Positions 55,049 through 64,000 of a stretch of 64,000 nucleotides of DNA are shown here, one piece after another. Both the position numbers and the translations under genes were made by a program. Origin of the DNA: an uncultured Nitrososphaeraceae archaeon (lineage in GTDB: Archaea > Thermoproteota > Nitrososphaeria > Nitrososphaerales > Nitrososphaeraceae); the NCBI GenBank assembly GCA_963765895.1, contig CAVXZB010000019.1, positions 64,001 to 128,000 of the forward strand. The letters are read 5' to 3'. The first letter of the stretch is position 1, and each line of letters starts with the position of its first letter. The notes under the pieces were generated by a model that was given only the letters and a program-made list of their open reading frames with translations, had not been told where the DNA came from and made no database searches.

Positions 55049-55295
55049 TTTCCTAACGATCTCATCTTTGGTATTAATAGACAAGGAATATTGGCTGCGT
55101 GGGGTCACGCATAAGAAACAAATCCGTCTAATTGAATAATATCATATTAATTTGATTATGTTTTGTAAATGTACAGCAACGGCACCAGGCCAGGGTCGAC
55201 TCGCCTATTGAAACAGCAGTAATTTCTTGATTCAACTGTGCCTGTGAATTCCGCTAGGACCATTAGGATCCTCTGACAAGACAATTAACTGATAG

Positions 55296-55496
55296 CTATT
55301 TTGAATCTTTTTTCCAGAGTTGAATCTGTCCTCCGTATACCTCATTGTTGTAGACGAAGGTTGGTATTTGAGCATAATATCCATGTCTTCCAGAGCTGAA
55401 TACTTTTGGTGGCATAGCGATTTCATGATCCTTACCGTCAGGCATTCTGATGATGGCATAAACAAATTTTGTATTAGGACTCTTTTCCTCGCTCAA
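55296..55496 (-). CDS. Small hypothetical protein
   Basis: 66 aa; PKVFSSGRHGYY and GQIQLW look protein-like. Confidence 0.7.
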   Translation of the reverse strand: MSEEKSPNTKFVYAIIRMPDGKDHEIAMPPKVFSSGRHGYYAQIPTFVYNNEVYGGQIQLWKKDSK

Positions 55497-56230
55497 TCCG
55501 TTTCAAAGCAATGTAGGATTAGTTCCTTATAAAATATGTTGACTCATCGAAATCATGTTTTCGCCTAAAAAATGGATAAGAATATTGTCATACAGTTATT
55601 ATCTCTGATTATTTTATTTCATTGAATGTCTCTGCTGAGGAGGAATCAAAAAGGTTACAAATGTGTCTGGTCCTAGTGCGGTAACTTCTCGCTACTTCTA
55701 AACATCTACAGTGGAACATTAGAAAACGATATATTATGGCTTTTGCTTTGGGGTCCTACCTCTTGATTTGGCCGAGGTAAGTGAATGAATACGCAAAACA
55801 ATTTGTTTCTGATGAGTTTGAACGAAGCCGGGATCTAGTGAGCACCCTGAGATGTCTTTCAATCTATTACAAAAAAACTGACTCTATTGCTCTTGCTTGA
55901 AATAAATGCTAGTTCAGGTTTGACCTTGTTAATATGCAGTTATTTGTAGCAAAATTACAATTAGGTAATTGGTATTCCTCTAATATTGAGGTACTTATCA
56001 CCTCAGTTAATGAAATCATAGTTGTTTGTATTTCACGCCATCAGTATAGGTTAAATATCATAAATATATACGTGAGTACAAATATAACTTGATTTTGTAC
56101 GCGCGAATCTTAAGCTGCATGCATATTACATTTTCATCTTCTAACTATTTAGATTCTTTTTGTCATCACACATTAGGACGCAGCGACCAAACTCCGCTGC
56201 TAATGTCTTACAACTATATCACTAAAACTG

Positions 56231-57127
56231 CTACAAAGTAATTACGTCAGCGCCGGTATCAGATGGTATCAGTGTATGTTCAGCCTGAGCTACGACTTTA
56301 CTATTTCCTTCGACTAAAATTGGGTATCCGTGAAGATTTCTCTTTTTTCTCAGAGTTTCGATAAGCTGCTTTATTTCACTAATTTCAAATTCATTGGTCA
56401 ACCATCTGGCGCTGAACGGCAGCGTTTTGTATTTGTTCCATATTTTCTGAAGGAAATCATTGATACCTTTTTCTTTCTGAGGTTTTCGGGAAATCACGCT
56501 AAATATATTACACGTTTTTCCTTCATATACAACACCTTGGCCGTCCTTGGTAGTCAAGAATGGCTCTATGGCATAGGCGTGATTCGCAATTAAGACTATA
56601 GAAGAGCCAATGGTCTTTATATTAGGGATAGATTTACCCGCATGAATTGTAAACTGTTCAAGCGAGTGCCCACTGAGATTTTGAATGGGCTTGAAACCAT
56701 GTTGAGAAATACTAGTTTCTATTACTCTTCCAATGTCAGCAGCTCTGGTACTGGCTCTAGTTATTCTTATTGCCTCGTTCAGGGCCGTCTCAGCAGATCG
56801 TACAAGAGAATCATACTTCGAATTGTAACAAACTGTGACAGCAGTATCCGCCACAAAGCCCTCGACATGAACTCCAATGTCAATCTTTAACACATCACCA
56901 TCTTTAACGACAATCATATCGTCGGGCTCAGCAGTATAGTGAGCAGCTATATCATTTAGACTAACGTTTACTGGGAACGCTGGATTACCTCCTAATACTT
57001 TGATTTTATGTTCAACGGACTCACATATCTCATATAATGATCTACCAACGTGATGTTTTTTTTTCGAATTCTCCCGAACTTCAGATGCTATTTTGCCGGC
57101 TTTGTGGTAGCAGTCAAGATAATTCAT
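56231..57127 (-). CDS. map: Methionine aminopeptidase type II
   Basis: AAHYT, DIGVHVEG.VADTA, NLSGH, IHAG, AIEPF and AQAEHT motifs. Confidence 0.96.
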   Translation of the reverse strand: MNYLDCYHKAGKIASEVRENSKKKHHVGRSLYEICESVEHKIKVLGGNPAFPVNVSLNDIAAHYTAEPDDMIVVKDGDVLKIDIGVHVEGFVADTAVTVCYNSKYDSLVRSAETALNEAIRITRASTRAADIGRVIETSISQHGFKPIQNLSGHSLEQFTIHAGKSIPNIKTIGSSIVLIANHAYAIEPFLTTKDGQGVVYEGKTCNIFSVISRKPQKEKGINDFLQKIWNKYKTLPFSARWLTNEFEISEIKQLIETLRKKRNLHGYPILVEGNSKVVAQAEHTLIPSDTGADVITL

Positions 57128-57734
57128 AGATGAGGATTCAAAATATTTACGGCATATTTAGAGATATAGCCCTAGAATCGGTCGTATATTTTTTGAGCAA
57201 GGAGTTTATATAAGGTCTATTAGCCCGTCCAATCCAACAACCAGACAAAACGAATTTACTATCCACCTCAGTGCCTTTCCTCAATCTATCTTCAATAAAC
57301 TTATTTAGTGGAATACCCCCACGCCACCATAGATTGTATTTAATAGTACAAGTTAGACTTGCAACACCGATTTCGGGACTCTAGGCCTCGATAGACTTTA
57401 TTTGTCTATCTATCTATAGTGAAAAGCTGATGCAAATTAGATTAGGGGAAGTATTATTCTCAACTGATTGATAGATAAGACCAATACATAATACCCAAAT
57501 ACCCGGGCAAATATTCAAGTATTCTTCTTCTGCTGGTGCTGTTTATTGCAACAACCTGGATTTACCTTATCCTGTCTTATCGCTTTGGCGGTTAGGGTAT
57601 TCTGTTGATATAGAGTTTCCTATGGTGTAGAACTAGGAATACCGGGATTTTGTAATTTGAACAAATAACAGTTTTAATAATGATTTGATACCATTAAATA
57701 AAAAAATAAGGGCTCGCTATTCACAGGATAGCTA

Positions 57735-57983
57735 TTAACAGGATGGTGCACTATTTAGAGCGTTTACGCAGATTTGTCCGACTTGAGCTTGTACGCCTAC
57801 GGCAGCATTTACACCTGCGAGACCATTAGCGTTTGCCCCTTGAGCTGCGCCTTGAGATTGTGGTGCTCCTACAATTCTATTAACTGCAAATGCAGACTTG
57901 GTGAAGGAGGGCAATGCGAGTGTTACAATGAACAGAGACGTAGCTGCTATGACGCTTATTGTTGCTAATGTGTATGATTTCAT
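57735..57983 (-). CDS. Small secreted G/A/V/N/Q-rich peptide with two C-terminal Cys
   Basis: Signal peptide ending AFA; 49-aa mature part VNRIVG...QICVNALNSAPSC. Confidence 0.75.
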   Translation of the reverse strand: MKSYTLATISVIAATSLFIVTLALPSFTKSAFAVNRIVGAPQSQGAAQGANANGLAGVNAAVGVQAQVGQICVNALNSAPSC

Positions 57984-58810
57984 TTCAGCTAAACAAAATC
58001 TCTATAGTCAATAAATATTGTAGATATTTTAAGGATAATCTTACTTCATTTTGTATTATATTCTTATAATGATCATTTTTAACTAATTTTCTTTGTTAGA
58101 GGCATACAAAATCTACGATAACTATGAGGTAAAAAAGCCGCTCATTTGCATGGTCATTGATGATTTTCCTGCATTTGCCAATTAACGTTAAATGTCATTT
58201 GGTTGTATTGAACTGAGCAGTATTGTATAGACGCAGGACACTATTTCTTAAAAAGGCAGCGAATGCTAATGTGAGAATAGAACCAGAATTAAAAGAGAAA
58301 ATCAAGGCAGTGCGTCCAGGGCCAGCAATCCTAACAAAAATTACCCATGGCCCAACAAACAATTATGGTAATAACGGACGCCGTCCTTGGACAATTTAGG
58401 TTAAGGGTATGGTTAAACGCCTCTCAGGTTTCAGAGTCATTACAATTACAATATTCAGCCATCCTTATTGATTATTACTAGTGCTTTTGCTATTGTTATC
58501 GTTATTGCTATTACTATTGTCGATTATGTCTGTGATATTGTTTTCATTGTCGCTGTTGTCGAGGGATTCGCTGTCTGAACTTGTTACTGCCGTTATTTTT
58601 CCAGATTTTATTAGCTTATTTGTATAGGTATTTTTTGCTATGACTGCTATAAAATAGGGTACAGTTAATAATATCAATGTTGCGGTGGGAGGAGTCATCA
58701 TCGTATTTAGTTACCAGATTTATTATTATCCTACTATCATTTAGAGATATGTGGCTAATAAGCTTAAAATTATCGACAGGTAACAGATTCAAAAAGCACA
58801 AGACAAGAGA

Positions 58811-58884
58811 GGGGTCGTTGTCTAGCATGGTATGATGCCAGCCTTGGGCGCTGGAGGCCGCTGGTTCGAATCCGGCCGACCCCG
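58811..58884 (+). tRNA. tRNA-Pro(TGG)
   Basis: GGGGTCG/CGACCCC acceptor, CCAGC-CTTGGGC-GCTGG anticodon arm, GGTTCGAATCC. Confidence 0.95.
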
Positions 58885-59141
58885 TATAATATATTAAAAA
58901 GGCGTGTCGAAATAGAACGCCTGCGTATTTGACGTACTCCCAAGTGTACGCAATGCATTTCACAGATAAATTGTCTGCCCGCAATTCAAACTGCGCAGGT
59001 GATTGATTTATCCAGAACAGGTGTAGTCCACAATCGTTCACCGACTCCAGTGAATTTGTTGATCTTGGAGATTATTGCTAACAACACCTAAGCTTTCCAA
59101 AAATATCTAAAATGAGCCCTGATTGTCATAACTGCTGAAAC

Positions 59142-59369
59142 TTATTTGTCAGAATTATAATTCCTCTTAGAAACGGCAACCTTCATAACGCTATGACATA
59201 TAGGACATTCGGCCCATTTTCGCCCGCCGAAATACTTCCACTCGAATGCGCACCTTTTATAAGTACATTTGATCCAGGTGCCCTTTACTCCTGCTTTAGG
59301 CCAATTATCTTGCAGAGGCTTGCGAGTCCTCCTTGCGGACCTCGGCGGCCGCTTATAGGTCAGTTTCAA
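59142..59369 (-). CDS. Small basic zinc-ribbon protein
   Basis: CTYKRC..EWKY.G....ECPIC. Confidence 0.65.
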   Translation of the reverse strand: MKLTYKRPPRSARRTRKPLQDNWPKAGVKGTWIKCTYKRCAFEWKYFGGRKWAECPICHSVMKVAVSKRNYNSDK

Positions 59370-59537
59370 CGTGAATTCTGTAAATACCCAAGATAAAGAC
59401 GTTTTGATCTTTGTTTAATTATCAGCATTTGGTCATGCGCTGTCCAAGATGATTATTTAAAAACCTAAGTATTTACCTGACAGAGTCTTTTTTTCAAAGT
59501 ATTCACTAATTTTAACTATCAAGCTTTTCTATACTAG

Positions 59538-59855
59538 ATGACATGTCATGTTAAATTGACTAAACGTCAGTTCCTTATAGATATTGGGTATGAAAAAATC
59601 CCAGTAGAAGGTCAAATTCACAAGAATGTAGCTCTGAAATACTTAATGAAGAGAAGGAGAAGTTTATTAATGACTCGGAATCCGCAGAAGGTAGAATCTT
59701 TGTACGCACAACTTCCACAGGAAATTACGATAATCGGAAAGTCTGTTACAAAGACATACTATTTGAATTGGCAGAGACAAGGCTCTGAACAGTTTCAAGG
59801 CTCGAGGTTCACCTTTGAGATGGCTAGTGAACGCATCATGAAGGTCAACAATTAA
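59538..59855 (+). CDS. Hypothetical protein
   Basis: 105-aa basic ORF. Confidence 0.7.
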   Translation: MTCHVKLTKRQFLIDIGYEKIPVEGQIHKNVALKYLMKRRRSLLMTRNPQKVESLYAQLPQEITIIGKSVTKTYYLNWQRQGSEQFQGSRFTFEMASERIMKVNN

Positions 59856-60341
59856 TCTGATATTACTTTACGCATCGGTTCTCTATGAAAGACCCGTTTC
59901 CAACATTGAATAAAAACTAAATATTCCAACTGTTACAGTGTAATGTGTATGATGCATTATAAATATGATCAGATTCAATTTAGGTAACAGGGGGCATTAT
60001 CAAACTCTATCGTATCTTCGTTAGTTCTTGTAATTAGAAATTATCTGGAACATGGATATTGTTGACCTATCACAAGAATGTTGTTAATGTAACGGGACTT
60101 CGATTTTAGGAAACAAATGGATATAGGCATAATTATCGACTTTCAGACGAGAATCAGTTTAGTGTAAATGCTTACCCTGGAACCATCAACCTCAACACAC
60201 AATATCTACTGTCGCGCATAATAAGTAACTCTGAACTGGGTTAGAGAATTAGTCAAAATATATAGGCGAGTAAGTATGACAGTTAATATATGATGAGGAC
60301 TTATAGGGGGTTTTTTTACTATATCTATTGATTTTGAAAAA

Positions 60342-61769
60342 ATGCTTCAGTATTTGACGCAACAAAGAAGCGATTTAACAATCGACAAATTAAGATCTTT
60401 AATCGAAGCAAAGAAGCAAAAGATTGGCGCAGGCTATCTGACCGAACAGGGTGCGCTGTTTCTCGTCGCTGCAGACCTTGGCATCTCACTGGATCAGCAA
60501 AGATCGCCTTTACGTATTAGCGATCTTTATGTAGGAGCCAAAGATGTGACGCTATACGGCAGAATCCTTACTATTTATTCTCCAAGACAATTTGCAAGAA
60601 AGGATAATACCGAAACGACCAAGAACCGCACGATGGTGATTTATGATGATGATCAATCAACTATCAAAATAAAACTTTGGGATAATAAGGTTCAAGTGCC
60701 AGAAGAAATGGGACTCCGACCAGGGGATATGATTAAGTTAAGCAAAGGATACGTCAAATCGGGCTTGGACGGGAAACCATTTATCAATGTTGGCATGGAT
60801 TGTCAGCTAGAAAAAACTAAGGAGGCACCTAGCGAAATTCCTGATCTGAGCGCCATGACTAGAACGATAGAAAATGTAGGTTCCCCTGCAGATAATATCA
60901 TAATTGAGGGCTATGTACGATCCAATCCTCGTATGTCTGATTACCGAGATTCCCGTGGAAATATGAGTAAATCACTCCAGCTTCAGCTATTTAATGAAGA
61001 TGGTACAAAATCCCTGCGTACGATTATTTGGAACGTGTCTGAGACAAGACTACCAAAAGTATTCAAAATTGGGTCCAAAATTAGACTAATTGGGGTAAGA
61101 ATTAAATCTGGAAATCCGCAGTACGGTAACGGCGATTTTGAAATTCACGGAGATGAAGGAACTGTTTTGTCAGCTCCTGAAGAACAAACCGATATTGAGA
61201 CTATGACATTGAGATTAGTATCGATAGGATCTAATACCGCAGGCGATAGATTAATCTCGCTAGGTCTTTTGGGCGATGGTAAGTTAGTTTCAGTTATTAT
61301 CGATAAAACCCTCTTACCAAATAATATGACTTCTGGTTCAATAATTGAATGTGTCCCAAGTAGAATCTTTGGCACTGAAATAACATTAACCCTGAATGAT
61401 TCCTATATACGAATATTGGATGAGGGTACTCAATTCCCAAGTGTGTCGGACTACCAGACTAAGATTAGCGAGGTTGTGGCATCAAATGTTCCATATATAA
61501 TAGAGGCAATAGTTTTGCAGCAGCCGAATACGACACAGGTTAACACCAGAAGTAACGAAATGATAGAAATGACGGATACATTGATCGGAGATGACTCGGG
61601 AGAAATAAGACTAATAGGGTGGAGAGATTTAGGCCATAGCATAAATTCTCTTGCATTGGGTGACCGGATTAGGATAATTGGCGCAGTTGCAAACAATGGC
61701 TTACAAGGAACTCCAGAAATTACGTTAAAACCATACTCGTCTATAACAAAAATAAATTCAAAAATCTAA
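60342..61769 (+). CDS. rpa: Replication protein A / multi-OB-fold ssDNA-binding protein
   Basis: GYLTEQGALFLVA N-terminal domain; OB folds with D..G.IRL..W. Confidence 0.85.
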   Translation: MLQYLTQQRSDLTIDKLRSLIEAKKQKIGAGYLTEQGALFLVAADLGISLDQQRSPLRISDLYVGAKDVTLYGRILTIYSPRQFARKDNTETTKNRTMVIYDDDQSTIKIKLWDNKVQVPEEMGLRPGDMIKLSKGYVKSGLDGKPFINVGMDCQLEKTKEAPSEIPDLSAMTRTIENVGSPADNIIIEGYVRSNPRMSDYRDSRGNMSKSLQLQLFNEDGTKSLRTIIWNVSETRLPKVFKIGSKIRLIGVRIKSGNPQYGNGDFEIHGDEGTVLSAPEEQTDIETMTLRLVSIGSNTAGDRLISLGLLGDGKLVSVIIDKTLLPNNMTSGSIIECVPSRIFGTEITLTLNDSYIRILDEGTQFPSVSDYQTKISEVVASNVPYIIEAIVLQQPNTTQVNTRSNEMIEMTDTLIGDDSGEIRLIGWRDLGHSINSLALGDRIRIIGAVANNGLQGTPEITLKPYSSITKINSKI

Positions 61770-61787
61770 CCCGTGCCTATAGGATTC

Positions 61788-64000
61788 TCAATCTGCCCAG
61801 AATCCTCGTGTCATTACGTATGATCTTTCAGCTTGGTAAATACTTTTGAATAACTCGATATCATCTACATAATCCCGCAAGATTCGAGCTGCGGTGTCTG
61901 GCCCTATCCCGTGACCAGCTAGTACTTTAAATGCTATTGAACCAAAACTGTTAATTAGGGATGCTGTCTTCCATACTTTGTCAAATCGTTTATTTTCTTC
62001 GGAAGTCAATCTTTGTCCTCGTAGTCTCATTACTATCGTTTTGGATAGAGTGTCATCAGACCAGAAGGTAGCCCCGATAAGCCTTGATCTGCAGCGCGGG
62101 CAGGTAATTGAATCGGGTATCTGACGAGTCTCCATTATCCTTTCCCAGTTACCGCATCGCATACATATCAATCTGTGCCTTGTCTTTTCTAATCTCTCCT
62201 TCATTAATTCTATAACACCACTCTCAGTAGATAGTGGGGTAGAGGAAAACCTAGCAGTATGCTCAGTGATGGGTTTTGCGAGCTCAGAGAATTCATCAAC
62301 TTCACGCCAATAAAGCGTGATCTCCCCCTTTCGAATTTTCAAATTGATGTCTTTAGTCGATCGAAAATCGAATTTGTCATGTGTTATTTCTCTGATTGCC
62401 TCTTTAGTAAGTACAGTGTGAAAATATCTATCGTAAATCATCCTTGCTATCTTCTTATCATAAATCGCTTCACGGCTGACTACACCAAATCTCTTGGCAA
62501 CAGACCATACCCTCCAATTTATGTTAGGAGTTCCTGCCAAAGATGCAATTATAACATCCTCCACGTCATAGACGTCGGTAAAAACTTGTCGAATATCGTG
62601 TTCATTTATTCGTGCGTTGGATGTAAGGAAAATTCGATATGCGTCGCTTTTCGTTTCCACAGAATAACCTAATTTCGAGGAGAGTAGAGTCGAAAGCAGA
62701 GCAGCAATGGTATTGTTCGTTTTGGTTCCGAACATTGAATGAATCACAAGAGCATTCATCTTAGATGACCTTTCAATTACTATACGATCTGAGCTAGGTA
62801 CGATTTTCAATTCGTTATGAGCATTGTAAATAGTATCGCCTTTCAAGATCCTGCTGTTGAGTGCCTCTTCTCTAACTTTTCCGACATATTGTGCAGTAAG
62901 GGGATCAATCGGAATTATTTCCCCCACCCAATATGGAACGTTTAAAGTACCTACTTGCAAAGGTTCAACATTTATGACCATGCGTTTTTGATCTAAAGCA
63001 ACTATCCTCCATTGTGATCCTTTTAGCACAAATACATTTCCTTGCTCACCGTAATCACCCACAAACTGCTGGTCTAGTGTACCGATTTTCCGCTTGTTGA
63101 TACAGTCAAATACGTCAAATTTTAAAACCGTAGGGATGGTAGAAACGTTTTCAAAGTAATACCTGTATGCCCTTCTCATCCGCGTGTAAGATTGATCATT
63201 ATTACTACACCTAATGATCTTGTTGGAATCAAGTAATTCTAAGCAACCGTAGAAATCTTCTATAGTGAGTTCGATAAATGGGTAGGCCTTCCTAATAGTG
63301 CTAAATGCATATTCGACTTTTACTTTATCTTTGCTCTGGAGGCAAAGTCCAACTATATGATGCGCCAAAACATCTAAAGCTCCGTAATGTAGCGGCTGTT
63401 CTTCAACGTTACCACTTTTCATAACACGAATGATAGCCAAGGCCTCAGCCTCATCGTCGGGAATATTTGTTATAATTAATCCCTTTGCAGAAAGATCCTG
63501 CCTATGTCTACTTCTCCCAATTCTTTGCAATAGTTTCGTTACTTGTCTGGGAGAACCGTAATGTATTACGAGGTTTACAGACCCTAGATCTAGGCCAAGC
63601 TCTAATGATGATGTGCAGACAACAATGCCTGCAGTTCCAGTTCTCAATTTCACCTCCGTTTCTTCTCGCATTTCCCTAGATAAAGATCCATGATGCATGT
63701 CAACGTGAATTAATTCTTTGCTTCTCAAAACGGTACCAATGTATTCTGCCTCATCCCTAGTATTTGTAAATAGTAGAACTGATCCGCCGTCAGGATATGA
63801 ACTAACGTTTTCTCTGACATAATTTAGAATGAATGAGGCAACGTTATTTATCGAACCTTTTAGGAACTTGACATCGATATCATATGATCTTATGGACTTA
63901 TCAACTATGATTGCACTTTTTCTCTCATATCCTGCAATAAATTTTGCGCCTTCACGTATATTACCTATACTTGCTGACATTCCTACTCTCGTAATTGTAT
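61788..64000 (-). CDS. lhr: Lhr-family ATP-dependent helicase, 5' end beyond the window
   Basis: MSAS, FTNTR, HHGSLS, TSSLELGLD and QRIGRS motifs; C-terminal CxxC...CPRC. Confidence 0.93.
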   Translation of the reverse strand, partial: TITRVGMSASIGNIREGAKFIAGYERKSAIIVDKSIRSYDIDVKFLKGSINNVASFILNYVRENVSSYPDGGSVLLFTNTRDEAEYIGTVLRSKELIHVDMHHGSLSREMREETEVKLRTGTAGIVVCTSSLELGLDLGSVNLVIHYGSPRQVTKLLQRIGRSRHRQDLSAKGLIITNIPDDEAEALAIIRVMKSGNVEEQPLHYGALDVLAHHIVGLCLQSKDKVKVEYAFSTIRKAYPFIELTIEDFYGCLELLDSNKIIRCSNNDQSYTRMRRAYRYYFENVSTIPTVLKFDVFDCINKRKIGTLDQQFVGDYGEQGNVFVLKGSQWRIVALDQKRMVINVEPLQVGTLNVPYWVGEIIPIDPLTAQYVGKVREEALNSRILKGDTIYNAHNELKIVPSSDRIVIERSSKMNALVIHSMFGTKTNNTIAALLSTLLSSKLGYSVETKSDAYRIFLTSNARINEHDIRQVFTDVYDVEDVIIASLAGTPNINWRVWSVAKRFGVVSREAIYDKKIARMIYDRYFHTVLTKEAIREITHDKFDFRSTKDINLKIRKGEITLYWREVDEFSELAKPITEHTARFSSTPLSTESGVIELMKERLEKTRHRLICMRCGNWERIMETRQIPDSITCPRCRSRLIGATFWSDDTLSKTIVMRLRGQRLTSEENKRFDKVWKTASLINSFGSIAFKVLAGHGIGPDTAARILRDYVDDIELFKSIYQAERSYVMTRGFWAD

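Noticed and set aside
58616-59041. ORFs overlapping tRNA-Pro, and tRNA-Pro as an integration site
   Set aside because: They are antisense shadows of the tRNA; no integrase or duplicated tRNA 3' end was seen

Overview
AT-rich archaeal chromosome segment from an ammonia-oxidising archaeon, probably Nitrososphaeraceae. The evidence is 4-hydroxybutyryl-CoA dehydratase of the 3HP/4HB cycle, eS1, aIF-5A, RNase P Rnp2/Rnp3, archaeal GAPDH, RPA, Lhr and an intron-containing tRNA-Tyr. Positions ~1-25.3 kb form a gene-sparse accessory region. It holds a radical SAM enzyme, a GT4, ferritin, two inverted 957-bp IS5-family copies with identical lesions, an internally deleted IS5 relic, an ATP-dependent DNA ligase, a protealysin/emfourin pair and an atypical pyruvate kinase. 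It also holds a ~4-kb gene for a secreted protein with perfect 24-bp and 39-bp tandem arrays followed by a silk-like poly-Ala/Gly/Ser region with ~385-bp higher-order repeats. From ~25.8 kb to the end the genes are mostly housekeeping. Many genes are split by single indels, most likely long-read consensus errors. The most interesting items are the silk-like secreted protein, a tRNA-Tyr with two introns (one in the T-loop) and a small secreted chaplin-like peptide. All calls come from reading the sequence by eye, and no database searches were run.
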